Shown: piece by piece, positions 1 through 9,331 of the stretch
How the letters are laid out: each line of letters opens with the position of its first letter
Numbering within the stretch: the first letter of the stretch is position 1
NCBI GenBank assembly: GCA_965661285.1
Contig: CBFIDD010000003.1
Location: forward strand, 256,001 to 320,000
Direction of reading: 5' to 3'
Source of the DNA: Poseidonia sp.
GTDB lineage: Archaea > Thermoplasmatota > Poseidoniia > Poseidoniales > Poseidoniaceae
Length of the DNA: 64,000 bases
Notes under the pieces: generated by a model
Seen by the model: only the letters and a program-made list of their open reading frames with translations
Database searches by the model: none
What the model was told of the DNA's origin: nothing
Made by a program: the position numbers and the translations under genes

Positions 1-1
1 T

Positions 2-541
2 GAGGAAACATGGCCTCCCGAAGACATGACCTGGTGGCCCGTAGCGTTGGACAGCGTAGAAGGCAGCGGTGGGACGGTGAACACGAACAATCAACAGAGT
101 TTCACGCTCCCTGCTTTGGAAGAGGACACCCACATCTCGGGCATGCCCACCCTTCACCTCTCTGTGAACACGTTGGCCTGCAACGGCGGGCAAGTCTTCG
201 CCACCATGTATGCCGACGGACTGCGAGTGGGCCACGCAACGATGGACGTGCGCTACCGCGACGGGGGTTACGAAGCCAAGACCACCACGCCGTTTTCGGC
301 CTACACCATGCTGATGGAATTCAATCCAATGGACGTTGACCTCAACGCCGGAGCCGTCATCGAGATCGTCTTGACCGAGACTGGAGAAGACTATCTCCCA
401 AGCCCGTGTGCTGCCATCGGCATGAACGTGAACTTTGATGCGTCGTCCACCCTCAGTTTGCCGCTCATCGACCGCCCCGACGACGACGACCGCTGGTTCC
501 TCGCCCCGCCGTGGTGGGAGCAGCAACCCATTCCCTCATGA
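2..541 (+). CDS. C-terminal part of a CocE/NonD (peptidase S15-like) hydrolase, 5'-truncated by the window edge
   Basis: Frame is open from position 2 (EETWPPEDM...). ISGMPTLHLSV, MDVRYRDGG and STLSLP resemble the PepX_C/CocE C-terminal jelly-roll domain. Confidence 0.55.
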   Translation, partial: EETWPPEDMTWWPVALDSVEGSGGTVNTNNQQSFTLPALEEDTHISGMPTLHLSVNTLACNGGQVFATMYADGLRVGHATMDVRYRDGGYEAKTTTPFSAYTMLMEFNPMDVDLNAGAVIEIVLTETGEDYLPSPCAAIGMNVNFDASSTLSLPLIDRPDDDDRWFLAPPWWEQQPIPS

Positions 542-550
542 GGCCAAGGC

Positions 551-934
551 ATGCGCGTGCTGGCCTTTGAAGATCATTATGACATCGAAGCCATCCTCGT
601 CGCTGGAGGGGTGAACACCGAGGACCTCGTGATCGAACAGCGTTGGAACTCGTCCGACGCCCTCGACCACATCAGGCGATTCCAACCCGATGTCCTCTTG
701 CTCGACCACTACATGCCGCCGCAAAGCGGCCATGAGGTGCTTGAGGCGCTGTTGGCTTCGCAGATACCTCGGCCGACCACCATCGTGGCGATGTCCAGTG
801 CGGCCTCCAAAAACGACGCCATGGTGAGGCTTGGTGCTGACATCGGCGTCGTCAAATTTGATGTGGCGGGGCTGGCCCTGTGGCACGATGTGACCACGTC
901 CGGCGAGGGCGTTGTTCAGAACGATCAGGAGTGA
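551..934 (+). CDS. Single-domain response regulator (receiver/REC)
   Basis: VLAFEDH acidic pocket, PDVLLLDHYMP phospho-Asp motif, AMSS and VKF conserved positions. Confidence 0.85.
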   Translation: MRVLAFEDHYDIEAILVAGGVNTEDLVIEQRWNSSDALDHIRRFQPDVLLLDHYMPPQSGHEVLEALLASQIPRPTTIVAMSSAASKNDAMVRLGADIGVVKFDVAGLALWHDVTTSGEGVVQNDQE

Positions 935-943
935 GGTGCACCC

Positions 944-1879
944 ATGGAACAAGCATCCACGACCGAGGGACCGGACAGAACCTTCGTCTCCTTGCTGTGT
1001 GCGTTGACGATCACATTGCTTTCCGTGGCCTTCTTTTTCGTGTTTGAACTGAGCGAAATGATCGCTGAATCGGGTCGGTCGTTTCAGACCTCGGCGCTGC
1101 CCATGGCACTCGTTGGAGTGTTCAGGTATGCCTGTGCCTACCTTGCCTTCCACACCGTCGTGTTCTGGATGATTCGAAACCCGGAACCGGGCCGTATGTT
1201 TGTCGTGCTTCATGAAACGAGTGAAGAAGCCATGATTCACACCACAGGGTTTGAGCGAATCGGCACGTTCAGCAGCTGGACGTTGATGGTGTTTGGAACG
1301 GCTTTTTTTGTCGCAGGCACGGCCACCTGGATGACCGTGTTCAACATCGAAATTCCTGCATTGCTGGACACGTTGACCGTCGTCCTGATGCCCATCGCTT
1401 ACGGTGCAGCCTTCATCACGGCCACGGTCGTTCGATACGTGATCATCCCCGAAGAAATCGCACAGCAGCGACCGTTCGGCACGTTCTTCAAAAATTACGA
1501 ACTCGTGATGCACAACTACACCGCGATTTTCCTCGCCGTTGACTTGTGGTTGGTCCAAGCACACCTCAACTGGGAATTCGGAATTTTTCCCGTTTACTTT
1601 GGCATCGTCTACGTGTTGTTTTCCTACGTCTACGCACGGCTGTCGCGAGGGTATTACATCTACTCGTTCCTTGACCCCCGAATCAACATGGCTCCAGTGT
1701 ACTTGTTGGCGCTTCTGTTCGCTTGCTGCCTGTTCTACTTCGGCTTGTGGGGCATGAGCCTGCTCATCCGGTGGAATGCGCTTCTGGGTGGGCTGGCGTT
1801 GGCGTTTTGGGTCAGCAGAATCGTCCTGTTCCGGCGGCAGGTGAAGGACAACCCGTATGCCTTTCAAACCTCATCGTGA
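944..1879 (+). CDS. Polytopic membrane protein of unknown function
   Basis: 311 aa with about 8 hydrophobic segments; GAGGTG RBS; directly follows the REC gene. Confidence 0.75.
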   Translation: MEQASTTEGPDRTFVSLLCALTITLLSVAFFFVFELSEMIAESGRSFQTSALPMALVGVFRYACAYLAFHTVVFWMIRNPEPGRMFVVLHETSEEAMIHTTGFERIGTFSSWTLMVFGTAFFVAGTATWMTVFNIEIPALLDTLTVVLMPIAYGAAFITATVVRYVIIPEEIAQQRPFGTFFKNYELVMHNYTAIFLAVDLWLVQAHLNWEFGIFPVYFGIVYVLFSYVYARLSRGYYIYSFLDPRINMAPVYLLALLFACCLFYFGLWGMSLLIRWNALLGGLALAFWVSRIVLFRRQVKDNPYAFQTSS

Positions 1880-2029
1880 ACTACGGATGGGGGAACGTTT
1901 CGAGCTCGTAACGACGCATCATGCGCTTTAGAGACACCACTCAGCCTCCGACCTCTGGTCCGCTTGATGCAGCGGTTTCATTCTCCTACGTCGGCGTGCC
2001 GAATGCGCTTGCGCATGTGGAGGGTTTTC

Positions 2030-2758
2030 TCATTCTTCGTCGTAGGGCTGCCACTCGGTTTGACCTTCTTCTCGGTACCACCAGTAGCCGTCCTCGTCCT
2101 CGAACCATTCCACACCGTCTTCGTCGATGGAATAGTTGCCGTCGTTCTCCTCATCTTCAAGCTCCTCCTCTTCGGGCTGAGCGGCGGGGTTGGCCATGCC
2201 GGTTTCCTCGGCAATGCGGCGCTTGGCGTCGTCAACGTCTTCCTCAGCACCACCGAAGACACGGTTGGACGTCCGGATCTTGGCTTCGTGGTCGCCTTGG
2301 CGGATGGCGTTGTCCGACTCTTCGTAGAATTCATCCGTCATCCGCTCGCGGAACTCCTCAAATTCTTCTCGGCCGAAACTGCCGGTGAATTCATCGCCCT
2401 TGGCTTTCATCAAATCATCGAGGTTGGCTCGCTTTTCCCGCTTGAGCTCAGGAGCGTTGGGGACTTCGCCATCGTAAAACTCGTCTTCATCCGAACCAAG
2501 TTTACCGAACACTCGCCCCTCGGGGTCCACCTCTTCAATGGCTTCGATGACAAGGTCGTGCTCCTCCTCGTCGATGCTTTCCTCTTCGTAGGCATCGCCA
2601 GCCTGATCGACCATGGCCTCGAGTTGGTTGGCCAATTCGTCATCGTCCTCGTCGTACTGGTCAACGAGTTTGTCGATTTGCTTCAGCAGGCGCTCGTAAG
2701 GTGTGCCGGTGATGGCCCCGAGGAACCGACCAAACCCACCCTTTTTCTTCTTCGCCAT
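2030..2758 (-). CDS. Acidic hypothetical protein with a C-terminal aromatic motif (DEDGVEWFEDEDGYWWYR)
   Basis: Likely start MAKKKKGG at 2758; strongly D/E-rich; GC3-rich codon usage. Confidence 0.75.
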   Translation of the reverse strand: MAKKKKGGFGRFLGAITGTPYERLLKQIDKLVDQYDEDDDELANQLEAMVDQAGDAYEEESIDEEEHDLVIEAIEEVDPEGRVFGKLGSDEDEFYDGEVPNAPELKREKRANLDDLMKAKGDEFTGSFGREEFEEFRERMTDEFYEESDNAIRQGDHEAKIRTSNRVFGGAEEDVDDAKRRIAEETGMANPAAQPEEEELEDEENDGNYSIDEDGVEWFEDEDGYWWYREEGQTEWQPYDEE

Positions 2759-2834
2759 GGTGCGACACAGGAGGGACACTTCTTCAAAGATTGTCCTTCG
2801 CGGGTCTTTTGATAGGCGGGGTCTTGGGAAAAAC

Positions 2835-3581
2835 ATGGTCGAGGCGTGGTTGGAGGACCTCATGACCTCCTACAACCGCGATTCTTACGCCCAACGCGCC
2901 GGCTACCTCGCCCAAGTTCACATGCCTGGAGAGGTGTTCCAGTCCCTCGTTTGGTGGGCGCTCCAAGCCCTTCCCGACGAAATTTTGGTCGGCATTGACA
3001 TCGACGCCGAGCGCCCCCACCGGGCGGAGGTGGAGTCGTATTTCGAAGGTGACGACGTCCACTCGCGGCTGTTTCAAGGCCAGGGCTACGTCATCAAGGA
3101 AGCCCACATCGTCAACCGTGGTGATTCCTATTCCGTTCACCACCTGCCCGAAGACTGGACCGACGACATGTTCTCGGCCGACCGCGGTTCTCGTGCGGGT
3201 CGTTTCACGCATTGGCTCCACACGCACCCAAACGCGCCGGCCATCCCCAGCGGTGCCGACGCCGATGCGGCGCAGGAAACCCAAGGCATCGACATGATCC
3301 TCGGGCTACGTTTCTCACCCGAAGGCCCGCTGCCATGGTTCGACGACGTGGAGGGCACCCGGCGCACCCTGAAATCCAGCGAGGAAAAGAAACCGCGCAA
3401 ACGCTCTTTCTTCGCACGTCACGCCCTTCCGGTGCTCGGTCGAGCACCCAGCGGCCACGCCATTCACGAAATCCAGCTCATCGGCTTCCACAAATCCGGC
3501 GTGGGCGTCAACATCGTCTTCGTTGACGACGAGGGCTTGCCTTACGGTTGGGACAAAGCCGCTGCTCAACTGCTGGCTTGA
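2835..3581 (+). CDS. JAMM/MPN+ (Mov34/JAB) metalloprotease
   Basis: PDEILVG glutamate plus the HTHPNAPAIPSGAD motif (H-x-H-x7-S-x2-D); ATG at 2835. Confidence 0.8.
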   Translation: MVEAWLEDLMTSYNRDSYAQRAGYLAQVHMPGEVFQSLVWWALQALPDEILVGIDIDAERPHRAEVESYFEGDDVHSRLFQGQGYVIKEAHIVNRGDSYSVHHLPEDWTDDMFSADRGSRAGRFTHWLHTHPNAPAIPSGADADAAQETQGIDMILGLRFSPEGPLPWFDDVEGTRRTLKSSEEKKPRKRSFFARHALPVLGRAPSGHAIHEIQLIGFHKSGVGVNIVFVDDEGLPYGWDKAAAQLLA

Positions 3582-4066
3582 ACCGCCACGAGCGCAGCAT
3601 GCAGGCCCTCGAGTCGTTCCGGATTCACGCCCAAATCGCTGTAGCCTAACCTCGACGACGAGTACAGGGCGATGACCGTGTCCTCGCCCACCGGCTCAAA
3701 CTGAACCACGACGTCATCGGGGAAGCGCCAAAAGGGCGTGATGGCCACGGCGTGAGCAAAGTGAACACCGTCGTCCTCGATGTCTTCGAGCACCTCGTTG
3801 AGGCCTTCGTCATCAACCCACGTGGCCCACGCTCCCCACACTTCGGAGACGTTGGCTTCCACGGTGGTCAGCAAGGCAGCGTCCATGCGGTAGGTGCCGG
3901 AGGAGGAAAGCGAGGCGCAGTTCATCATGTTGTCCGGGCACGTGGGCATGCTCGTGTGGGTGACCGGCCGGGCGTCGACAAGAATCCATCCCTGGACCAC
4001 GAGCCACGGGGAGAGCACCAGCAGGACGGTGATGATGACCGTTCGACGGCGGCTGCGCTCGGCCAT
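3566..4066 (-). CDS. DUF1499-like protein
   Basis: N-terminal TM, CPDNMMNC, TPFWRFPDDV and SSSRLGYSDLGVNPERL motifs. Confidence 0.8.
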   Translation of the reverse strand: MAERSRRRTVIITVLLVLSPWLVVQGWILVDARPVTHTSMPTCPDNMMNCASLSSSGTYRMDAALLTTVEANVSEVWGAWATWVDDEGLNEVLEDIEDDGVHFAHAVAITPFWRFPDDVVVQFEPVGEDTVIALYSSSRLGYSDLGVNPERLEGLHAALVAVQASS

Positions 4067-4113
4067 GCTTCGTTAGGAAGCGATGTTGTTTTTGAACATC
4101 CGTATGTGAACCA

Positions 4114-6177
4114 CTACGCCGAAAGGGGCCGTCCGTCGGACGTCCATCCGCGATGTTCGTAGTAGGCCGCCATGCACGCCGCTTCGTCCTCATCGTCGAC
4201 AAAGGAGACCATCCCCGCCGCCACGCCGCTTGGAATCGGTTCCTTACGAAGTCGCCACGAGAGCAGGTCCTCCTGGGCTGCCGACTTGCCTTGACGCTGC
4301 CAGTGTTCCACGTTCCATCGACGTGCTTGGTCCCACTGCGCCTTGGCCCGCTGCATCAAGTCGTCCCACGTGCAATCCTCGCCGGTGGTGGCCTTCCATG
4401 CTTGCACCATCACGTCGTCAGGCGTCGCCCCTTTGGCAAAGGCACAGAGGATCATCGAATCACGAATGACGATGCTGTGCTGGCTGTCCACAAGCTCCTC
4501 CATCAAATCCACGGCCGAGCGGTTGGGCAGCCCGGTGGGCGCTTTGTAACCCGCTCGCATGTGGGATGCACCCACGTTGGCCGTCATGTAGGCCATGGCG
4601 TTGCCTCGCTTGCCTCGCGGGTCCCACGCTGGCAAATCCAGGCCCTTGCAGTGGGCGGTCAGGCGAGTGGTTGGATGGCCCGTCAACGCCTCGATGTGTT
4701 CGCTGGCGGCCACGGCGCCTGCGGTCAGTGTGCCGAACAGCGTCCCGTCGCCGGGCGTGGCGTGAGCGAGCAGATGCAGAGCGAGGGGCGGCAGTTCAGG
4801 AATGCCAAAGGCCCACGGCACGACGTCGCCCTCTGCGAACGTACCGAAAGCGAAGGGCGCGTGGAAGTGGTCGGCCCAGTCCTCAGGCATCCAGCCTCGC
4901 TGAGCGACTTCGCACATCAGCGAAAGCGCCGCCCCGCCCGAGATGGTGTCGATGCCGAGGCGATTGCACGCATCGTTCCCGTCCATCACGTCCAGGCTCG
5001 AGCCGATGCCGAGGTTGGACCCCAGCATCGCCAGCGTCTCGTATTCCGGCCGGTCCACGCGATTCACGTGGACGGGACGACCGCGCATCTTCACGCCGTC
5101 CACGGTGGGGCGGTCGGCCGCCTCGCACGCAATGGGGCAGGGCGCACAACAGCCCGACTGCTTGGCATCGGGCAGGGATTCGTGCCAGTGTTCGCCCGAG
5201 AGTTCGTGGGTGTCCATCGCTGACACCACGGGCACGACGATGGCTCCCTCGGTCACGGCTTCAGCGGTTTGACCGCCCGCACCGCCGCCGACTTTGAGCG
5301 CTGAGAGGTCGGGGATTTGTGCGTCGGTGGACGAGTAGTTCGCCGTGGGCATCCGACCGTTTTCCGCCGCATAGAGCGGACCGCGGCTGGTGCCAAACGC
5401 GTAGAACGGGTCGCCGTATTTGCGCCGCTTACCCATTTCCTTCCGCTGTTCCTTGATGGCGTCGGCCAGCGAGAAGTCCCCGGCGTAGCGCATGCCGGCG
5501 GCCGCTTCCTTGCTGGCTTTGACGGTGACCGCTTTGAGGCGCTTGAAACCGAAGGAAGCCCCCGTACCGCCACGACCGGCCGCACGACGGCCGGCGGTCA
5601 GGGGCGAAGCGATGCGAATGCCGTTTTCGCCTGCAGGCCCGATGGAGAGGCATTCGCCAAGGTCGTCAAGCGCCTGCTCGACCTCCCAGGTCGTCTTCCC
5701 CACGAGGTCGTCGGCGGGATGGAGAGTGGCGGAGGCGTCGATGATCTCGAGGCGAACCCACGAATCGCTGGCGCCGGTGATGAACAGCCCGTCCCAGCCC
5801 GCTTTTCGAAGGTCGTGGCCGATGTTACCGCCGATGTAGGTGTCGATGTAGCACTCGGTGAGTGGGGAGCGGGTCACCACGACGGCGCGCCCTGAGGAGC
5901 CGACTTTTGAGCCCTGATAGGGCCCGGTCATGAACAGCAAAGGCGTCGTGGGATGCGAGGCCGTGTCCATGCGCCCGATGATGGGGTGCTGATTGGCCGT
6001 GGCCGCATCGTAGTCGGTGGTATCCCATTCAACGAGGAGTTTGGTGGCGAGGGCTTTGCCGCCCATGTGCTGCAAACACCACGCGTGGGGGATATCGCGG
6101 GCCTCGCAGGTCCCGGCGGTCAAATCCACCCACAGCACCCTTCCGGGGAAGCCGTCAAAGCGCCACGGGTGGGTCAT
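4114..6177 (-). CDS. aor: Aldehyde:ferredoxin oxidoreductase family (W/Mo-pterin, 4Fe-4S)
   Basis: SIGPAGEN, AAGRGGTG..KRLKAV, CAPCPIAC, PEYET, CNRLGIDTIS, KGLDLPAWDPRG and DSMILC motifs. Confidence 0.85.
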   Translation of the reverse strand: MTHPWRFDGFPGRVLWVDLTAGTCEARDIPHAWCLQHMGGKALATKLLVEWDTTDYDAATANQHPIIGRMDTASHPTTPLLFMTGPYQGSKVGSSGRAVVVTRSPLTECYIDTYIGGNIGHDLRKAGWDGLFITGASDSWVRLEIIDASATLHPADDLVGKTTWEVEQALDDLGECLSIGPAGENGIRIASPLTAGRRAAGRGGTGASFGFKRLKAVTVKASKEAAAGMRYAGDFSLADAIKEQRKEMGKRRKYGDPFYAFGTSRGPLYAAENGRMPTANYSSTDAQIPDLSALKVGGGAGGQTAEAVTEGAIVVPVVSAMDTHELSGEHWHESLPDAKQSGCCAPCPIACEAADRPTVDGVKMRGRPVHVNRVDRPEYETLAMLGSNLGIGSSLDVMDGNDACNRLGIDTISGGAALSLMCEVAQRGWMPEDWADHFHAPFAFGTFAEGDVVPWAFGIPELPPLALHLLAHATPGDGTLFGTLTAGAVAASEHIEALTGHPTTRLTAHCKGLDLPAWDPRGKRGNAMAYMTANVGASHMRAGYKAPTGLPNRSAVDLMEELVDSQHSIVIRDSMILCAFAKGATPDDVMVQAWKATTGEDCTWDDLMQRAKAQWDQARRWNVEHWQRQGKSAAQEDLLSWRLRKEPIPSGVAAGMVSFVDDEDEAACMAAYYEHRGWTSDGRPLSA

Positions 6178-6218
6178 GATGCTGGGTTCACGAGGACCAC
6201 GAAAAAGGCACCGCAGGC

Positions 6219-6611
6219 TCAAGCCGTCGTGTAGGTCTCGTCTTGGGTGGTTGGATAGAGTCCGGCGGCGACGATGACGGCCAGCACAACCGATGCTTGG
6301 ACCATCCAGAGGTTCTGAGCCGTGAATTCATCCAGCATCAGCGAGGTGGCCATGGCGGCAGCCTCGAGAGCTGCTGTGGCAAACTGCACCTTGCCCATGT
6401 CGATGCCAGGCGATTTCAGCCAGAGCCACGAACCGACAACATTGGTCCCGATGAGGGCCGCGCCGATGGTGCGCAACCACGCCGTGTTGACCGCTTCGGC
6501 CTTGAGCAGGTCGCAAAACACGTCGGGTACGAGCAGGAGCATCAGGCCGTAACCAACCGAAGCCCAGAGGTTCACCTGCATGGCGAGCGTGCCGATTTGC
6601 TTCTTGTCCAT
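6219..6611 (-). CDS. Small 4-TM membrane protein
   Basis: Start MDKKQIG at 6611; four hydrophobic helices. Confidence 0.7.
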   Translation of the reverse strand: MDKKQIGTLAMQVNLWASVGYGLMLLLVPDVFCDLLKAEAVNTAWLRTIGAALIGTNVVGSWLWLKSPGIDMGKVQFATAALEAAAMATSLMLDEFTAQNLWMVQASVVLAVIVAAGLYPTTQDETYTTA

Positions 6612-6660
6612 GACCGTCGTTGTGCACGCACCGGTTATGGGCTTGGCGGCCCGGCGGACC

Positions 6661-7371
6661 TCAGAGGTCGTCCTTTCGCTGCCAACCGGCCTCGGTGCGC
6701 TCGTAGACGATGGGCACGCCCGTCGGGACTTCCAAGCCGAGCACCTCTTCCTTCGAGAGTCCGTCAAGGTGCATGATGATGCTGCGAAGCGAGTTGCCGT
6801 GGGCGGCGACGAAGACGTTCTTGCCCCCGTCAATGGCGGGAATCAGCGTGGACTCAAGGTAGGGAATCGTGCGAGCAGCCGTCAACTCAAGGGACTCACC
6901 GTTGGGCGGTGGCACATCGTAGGAGCGCCGCCAAATGTGGACTTGCTCGGCCCCGTACTTCTCGCGGGTCGCGTCCTTGTTCAGGCCCTGAAGGTCGCCG
7001 TACATGCGCTCGTTGAGCTGCCAGGCGACGTGAACGGGCAGCAAGTTGTCCTGGCCCGCGTCGCCACGGATTTGAGCCCATTCTCGCATGCGGGTTTCGT
7101 TTTCCGACATCCCCTCCTCCACTTCGGTGGGATACTGGAAGACCGGTGTTTTGCCGCTGCCGTGCTCAGACAGGGCGATCATCGCTGTCATTTGCGCTCG
7201 GATGAGGGTGGAGACGTGGACTTCGTCAATCGGGAGGTGGGCGATGGCACGACCGCCGTCTCGGGCTTCGTCAATGCCTTTGGGGGTCAGGGGAACGTCC
7301 ACCCAGCCGGTGAAGAGCCCCGCGGCGTTCCACATCGATTGGCCGTGGCGCATCAGGATGAGCAGGGACAT
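6661..7371 (-). CDS. gpmA: 2,3-bisphosphoglycerate-dependent phosphoglycerate mutase
   Basis: [46 protein letters not shown]. Confidence 0.95.
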   Translation of the reverse strand: MSLLILMRHGQSMWNAAGLFTGWVDVPLTPKGIDEARDGGRAIAHLPIDEVHVSTLIRAQMTAMIALSEHGSGKTPVFQYPTEVEEGMSENETRMREWAQIRGDAGQDNLLPVHVAWQLNERMYGDLQGLNKDATREKYGAEQVHIWRRSYDVPPPNGESLELTAARTIPYLESTLIPAIDGGKNVFVAAHGNSLRSIIMHLDGLSKEEVLGLEVPTGVPIVYERTEAGWQRKDDL

Positions 7372-7424
7372 GCAGGTGCCTCAAACCGTCCACACGAAGG
7401 CAGGGCATGAAGGTGGCGCTTCCC

Positions 7425-8234
7425 TCAGAACATGACTGGAAGAGCAGCCAGCGCAACAATGGGAAGCACTCCCATCAACAAATCACGAATCAAAAGCACG
7501 AGCAAGGTTTTGGTGTTGGTTTGGGCAATGTTGTCGAATTCCTTCTGGAGCCGATTGTCGACAGCGTCCGAAAGTTTTCCAGCACCTGTTTTCGCCAACT
7601 GAACCGAAGCACTGAGCGCAACGCTACCGAGAAGACCTGCTGGCGTGATTTTGCGGGTCAACAAGACGCGCCGACCCCAGCGCTTCGCAGAAGATGTCGC
7701 AATAGCGGTTCCGGGGTCGGGCGTACCTTCTCCCTTCTTTTTCTTGTCCTGGCCAGAAAATCTGCGAAGCCACTTTCGGGTTTTCATACCCGCATCGGCC
7801 AACTTTTGCATCTTTTCGATGTCGTGCTTCTCAATGGCCTTGAGCATGCGCCGAACTCGTGCAATCCGTAGGAAATCGAGCATCAACCAGACGATGACGA
7901 GAAGCGCCAAGAACGCGAGACCTGTTGCAGGAACCTCCGACCACGTTCGCCATCCGATTGGATCGAGAAACAGCCGTAGTGTGACCACGACCAGCGGCGG
8001 GATGGTGAAGGCGATGATTTCGTTCGCCACCAACAAACCAATGCCCCTGATGGGCAGTTCTCGCAGGGCTTTCAGCGCCCATTTGGTGTGCGGAACCAGC
8101 CGTGCAAGCGCTCGTCGAAACGGGAACAGCAGAAACAGGATGCGAAAGAGCAGCGGCAACCAAATGACGACCAGAACATAGGCCGACCACGGCCCGTCTG
8201 GAGGAATCTCTGGAAGCTGGAGCGGCTCAACCAC
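7425..8234 (-). CDS. Membrane protein of unknown function
   Basis: 269 aa; three N-terminal TMs, a basic cytoplasmic stretch and a C-terminal TM. Confidence 0.75.
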   Translation of the reverse strand: MVEPLQLPEIPPDGPWSAYVLVVIWLPLLFRILFLLFPFRRALARLVPHTKWALKALRELPIRGIGLLVANEIIAFTIPPLVVVTLRLFLDPIGWRTWSEVPATGLAFLALLVIVWLMLDFLRIARVRRMLKAIEKHDIEKMQKLADAGMKTRKWLRRFSGQDKKKKGEGTPDPGTAIATSSAKRWGRRVLLTRKITPAGLLGSVALSASVQLAKTGAGKLSDAVDNRLQKEFDNIAQTNTKTLLVLLIRDLLMGVLPIVALAALPVMF

Positions 8235-8266
8235 GGTTCTCCATTCCCCGGTTCAACATCAACGTT

Positions 8267-8446
8267 TCACTGACGGAACTTGGTGACCGTGTCAACCATG
8301 GACGACTCAACCTTGTCCATAGCTTCACAGAGCTTTCGACCGTACTTTCGACCCAGGCCGTAGCCTGCACCGGCAGCGGCAGCTCCTGATACGATCTCAA
8401 ACGTCAGTGCAACAGCGCCGACACCGAACAACAGTTGGGGAATCAT
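8267..8446 (-). CDS. 59-aa Gly-rich single-TM protein (MIPQLLFGVGAVALTFEIVSGAAAAGAGYGLGRKYGRKLCEAMDKVESSMVDTVTKFRQ)
   Basis: Hand-translated, below the ORF-track cutoff. ATGA overlap with the upstream stop; GAGGTG RBS. Confidence 0.75.
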   Translation of the reverse strand: MIPQLLFGVGAVALTFEIVSGAAAAGAGYGLGRKYGRKLCEAMDKVESSMVDTVTKFRQ

Positions 8447-8616
8447 TCTTCCACCTCAACTTCGCCAACAAAGGTGACCTCTTGGACACCGGTGTTCTTC
8501 ATGTCTTCATAATCTGCGTACTTGCGGTAGTAATGCTTGAACGTGCTGTCCATCATGCCTACTGCGACGCCGGCCATTCCAATGACGACGGTTGTCATCA
8601 ACAATCTGTATACCAT
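8443..8616 (-). CDS. 57-aa single-TM protein (MVYRLLMTTVVIGMAGVAVGMMDSTFKHYYRKYADYEDMKNTGVQEVTFVGEVEVEE)
   Basis: Hand-translated. GAGGAGG RBS at the end of the upstream gene; starts 3 nt after its stop. Confidence 0.75.
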   Translation of the reverse strand: MVYRLLMTTVVIGMAGVAVGMMDSTFKHYYRKYADYEDMKNTGVQEVTFVGEVEVEE

Positions 8617-8619
8617 TTC

Positions 8620-8898
8620 TTATTCCTCCTCTAGGTTTTCTTGCCGGGCCTTCGGGCTGACCGCTTTAACGACGCCACCGGTCACTGAACCGACGACGTT
8701 GCTGGCGGTCTCGACCGTGATCTTCGTCACTTCACCCGTGGCGTCAACCGCCGCTTTGATGACTCGACTCGAACCAACAGCCAGGTGAACCACGGTCTCT
8801 TCGCCAGCGTTCACCATCTCTTTGACCGCCGATGAAAACTCATCGATGAGAGAGGTGAGGCCTTTGGAGACCTTGTCCACCGCTTTCTTGCCTGACAT
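8620..8898 (-). CDS. 92-aa amphipathic helical protein
   Basis: V/A/S/T/G/K-rich periodic sequence; first gene of a tightly coupled three-gene unit. Confidence 0.75.
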   Translation of the reverse strand: MSGKKAVDKVSKGLTSLIDEFSSAVKEMVNAGEETVVHLAVGSSRVIKAAVDATGEVTKITVETASNVVGSVTGGVVKAVSPKARQENLEEE

Positions 8899-8940
8899 GG
8901 TTTGGGGATAGTGCAGGGGTACATAAGGCGACGAGGGAAA

Positions 8941-8954
8941 TTATACCGGTATAA
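8941..8954. promoter_or_regulatory. Perfect 14-bp palindrome TTATACCGGTATAA (candidate operator)
   Basis: Self-complementary; 43-56 bp upstream of the 8898 start and just downstream of a wHTH regulator gene. Confidence 0.55.
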
Positions 8955-8965
8955 ATTACCCGCTA

Positions 8966-9310
8966 TCATTGGTCGCTCGGGAGATAGAAGAAATCGTCAG
9001 GATAGTACCCCATCCGCACACTGAGGTCGATCCAGCGTCCAATGTCCGACCGCAGGGTTCGTCCGTTTTCGGAAATGGAGTAAACCAGTACGGGATGACC
9101 GCCACGACCACGCGAATCTCGTTCATCGATGTGGATGTAGCCGGCTTCATGCATGCGCTGCAAGTGGAGCCGTAGCTCCTTGCGTTCCACGCCGACCGCC
9201 CGTTCAATGCGCATCAGACGGCGGGCGTCGTCCTCTCGCTCACGCATGCGGGAGAGGTAGAGCAGAATTCGATAGAGCGTCACCGGAAGGTCTCGGCGGC
9301 GTTTTTCCAT
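8966..9310 (-). CDS. Winged-helix (PadR/MarR-like) transcriptional regulator
   Basis: LYRILLYL...ELRLHLQRMHEAGYI...RGRGGHPVLVYSISENGR wHTH pattern. Confidence 0.75.
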   Translation of the reverse strand: MEKRRRDLPVTLYRILLYLSRMREREDDARRLMRIERAVGVERKELRLHLQRMHEAGYIHIDERDSRGRGGHPVLVYSISENGRTLRSDIGRWIDLSVRMGYYPDDFFYLPSDQ

Positions 9311-9331
9311 GATAGGGGGTTGGAGAACCTC

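Noticed and set aside
536-1867. Long antisense ORFs (this one and e.g. 1964..2812, 4153..5223, 27377..28645, 48546..49658)
   Set aside because: Shadow frames of well-supported genes, expected with high GC3; no motifs.
1940-1995. Fluoride or glycine riboswitch, or C/D sRNA
   Set aside because: Only fragments of the consensus are present, and the site is 3' of both flanking genes.
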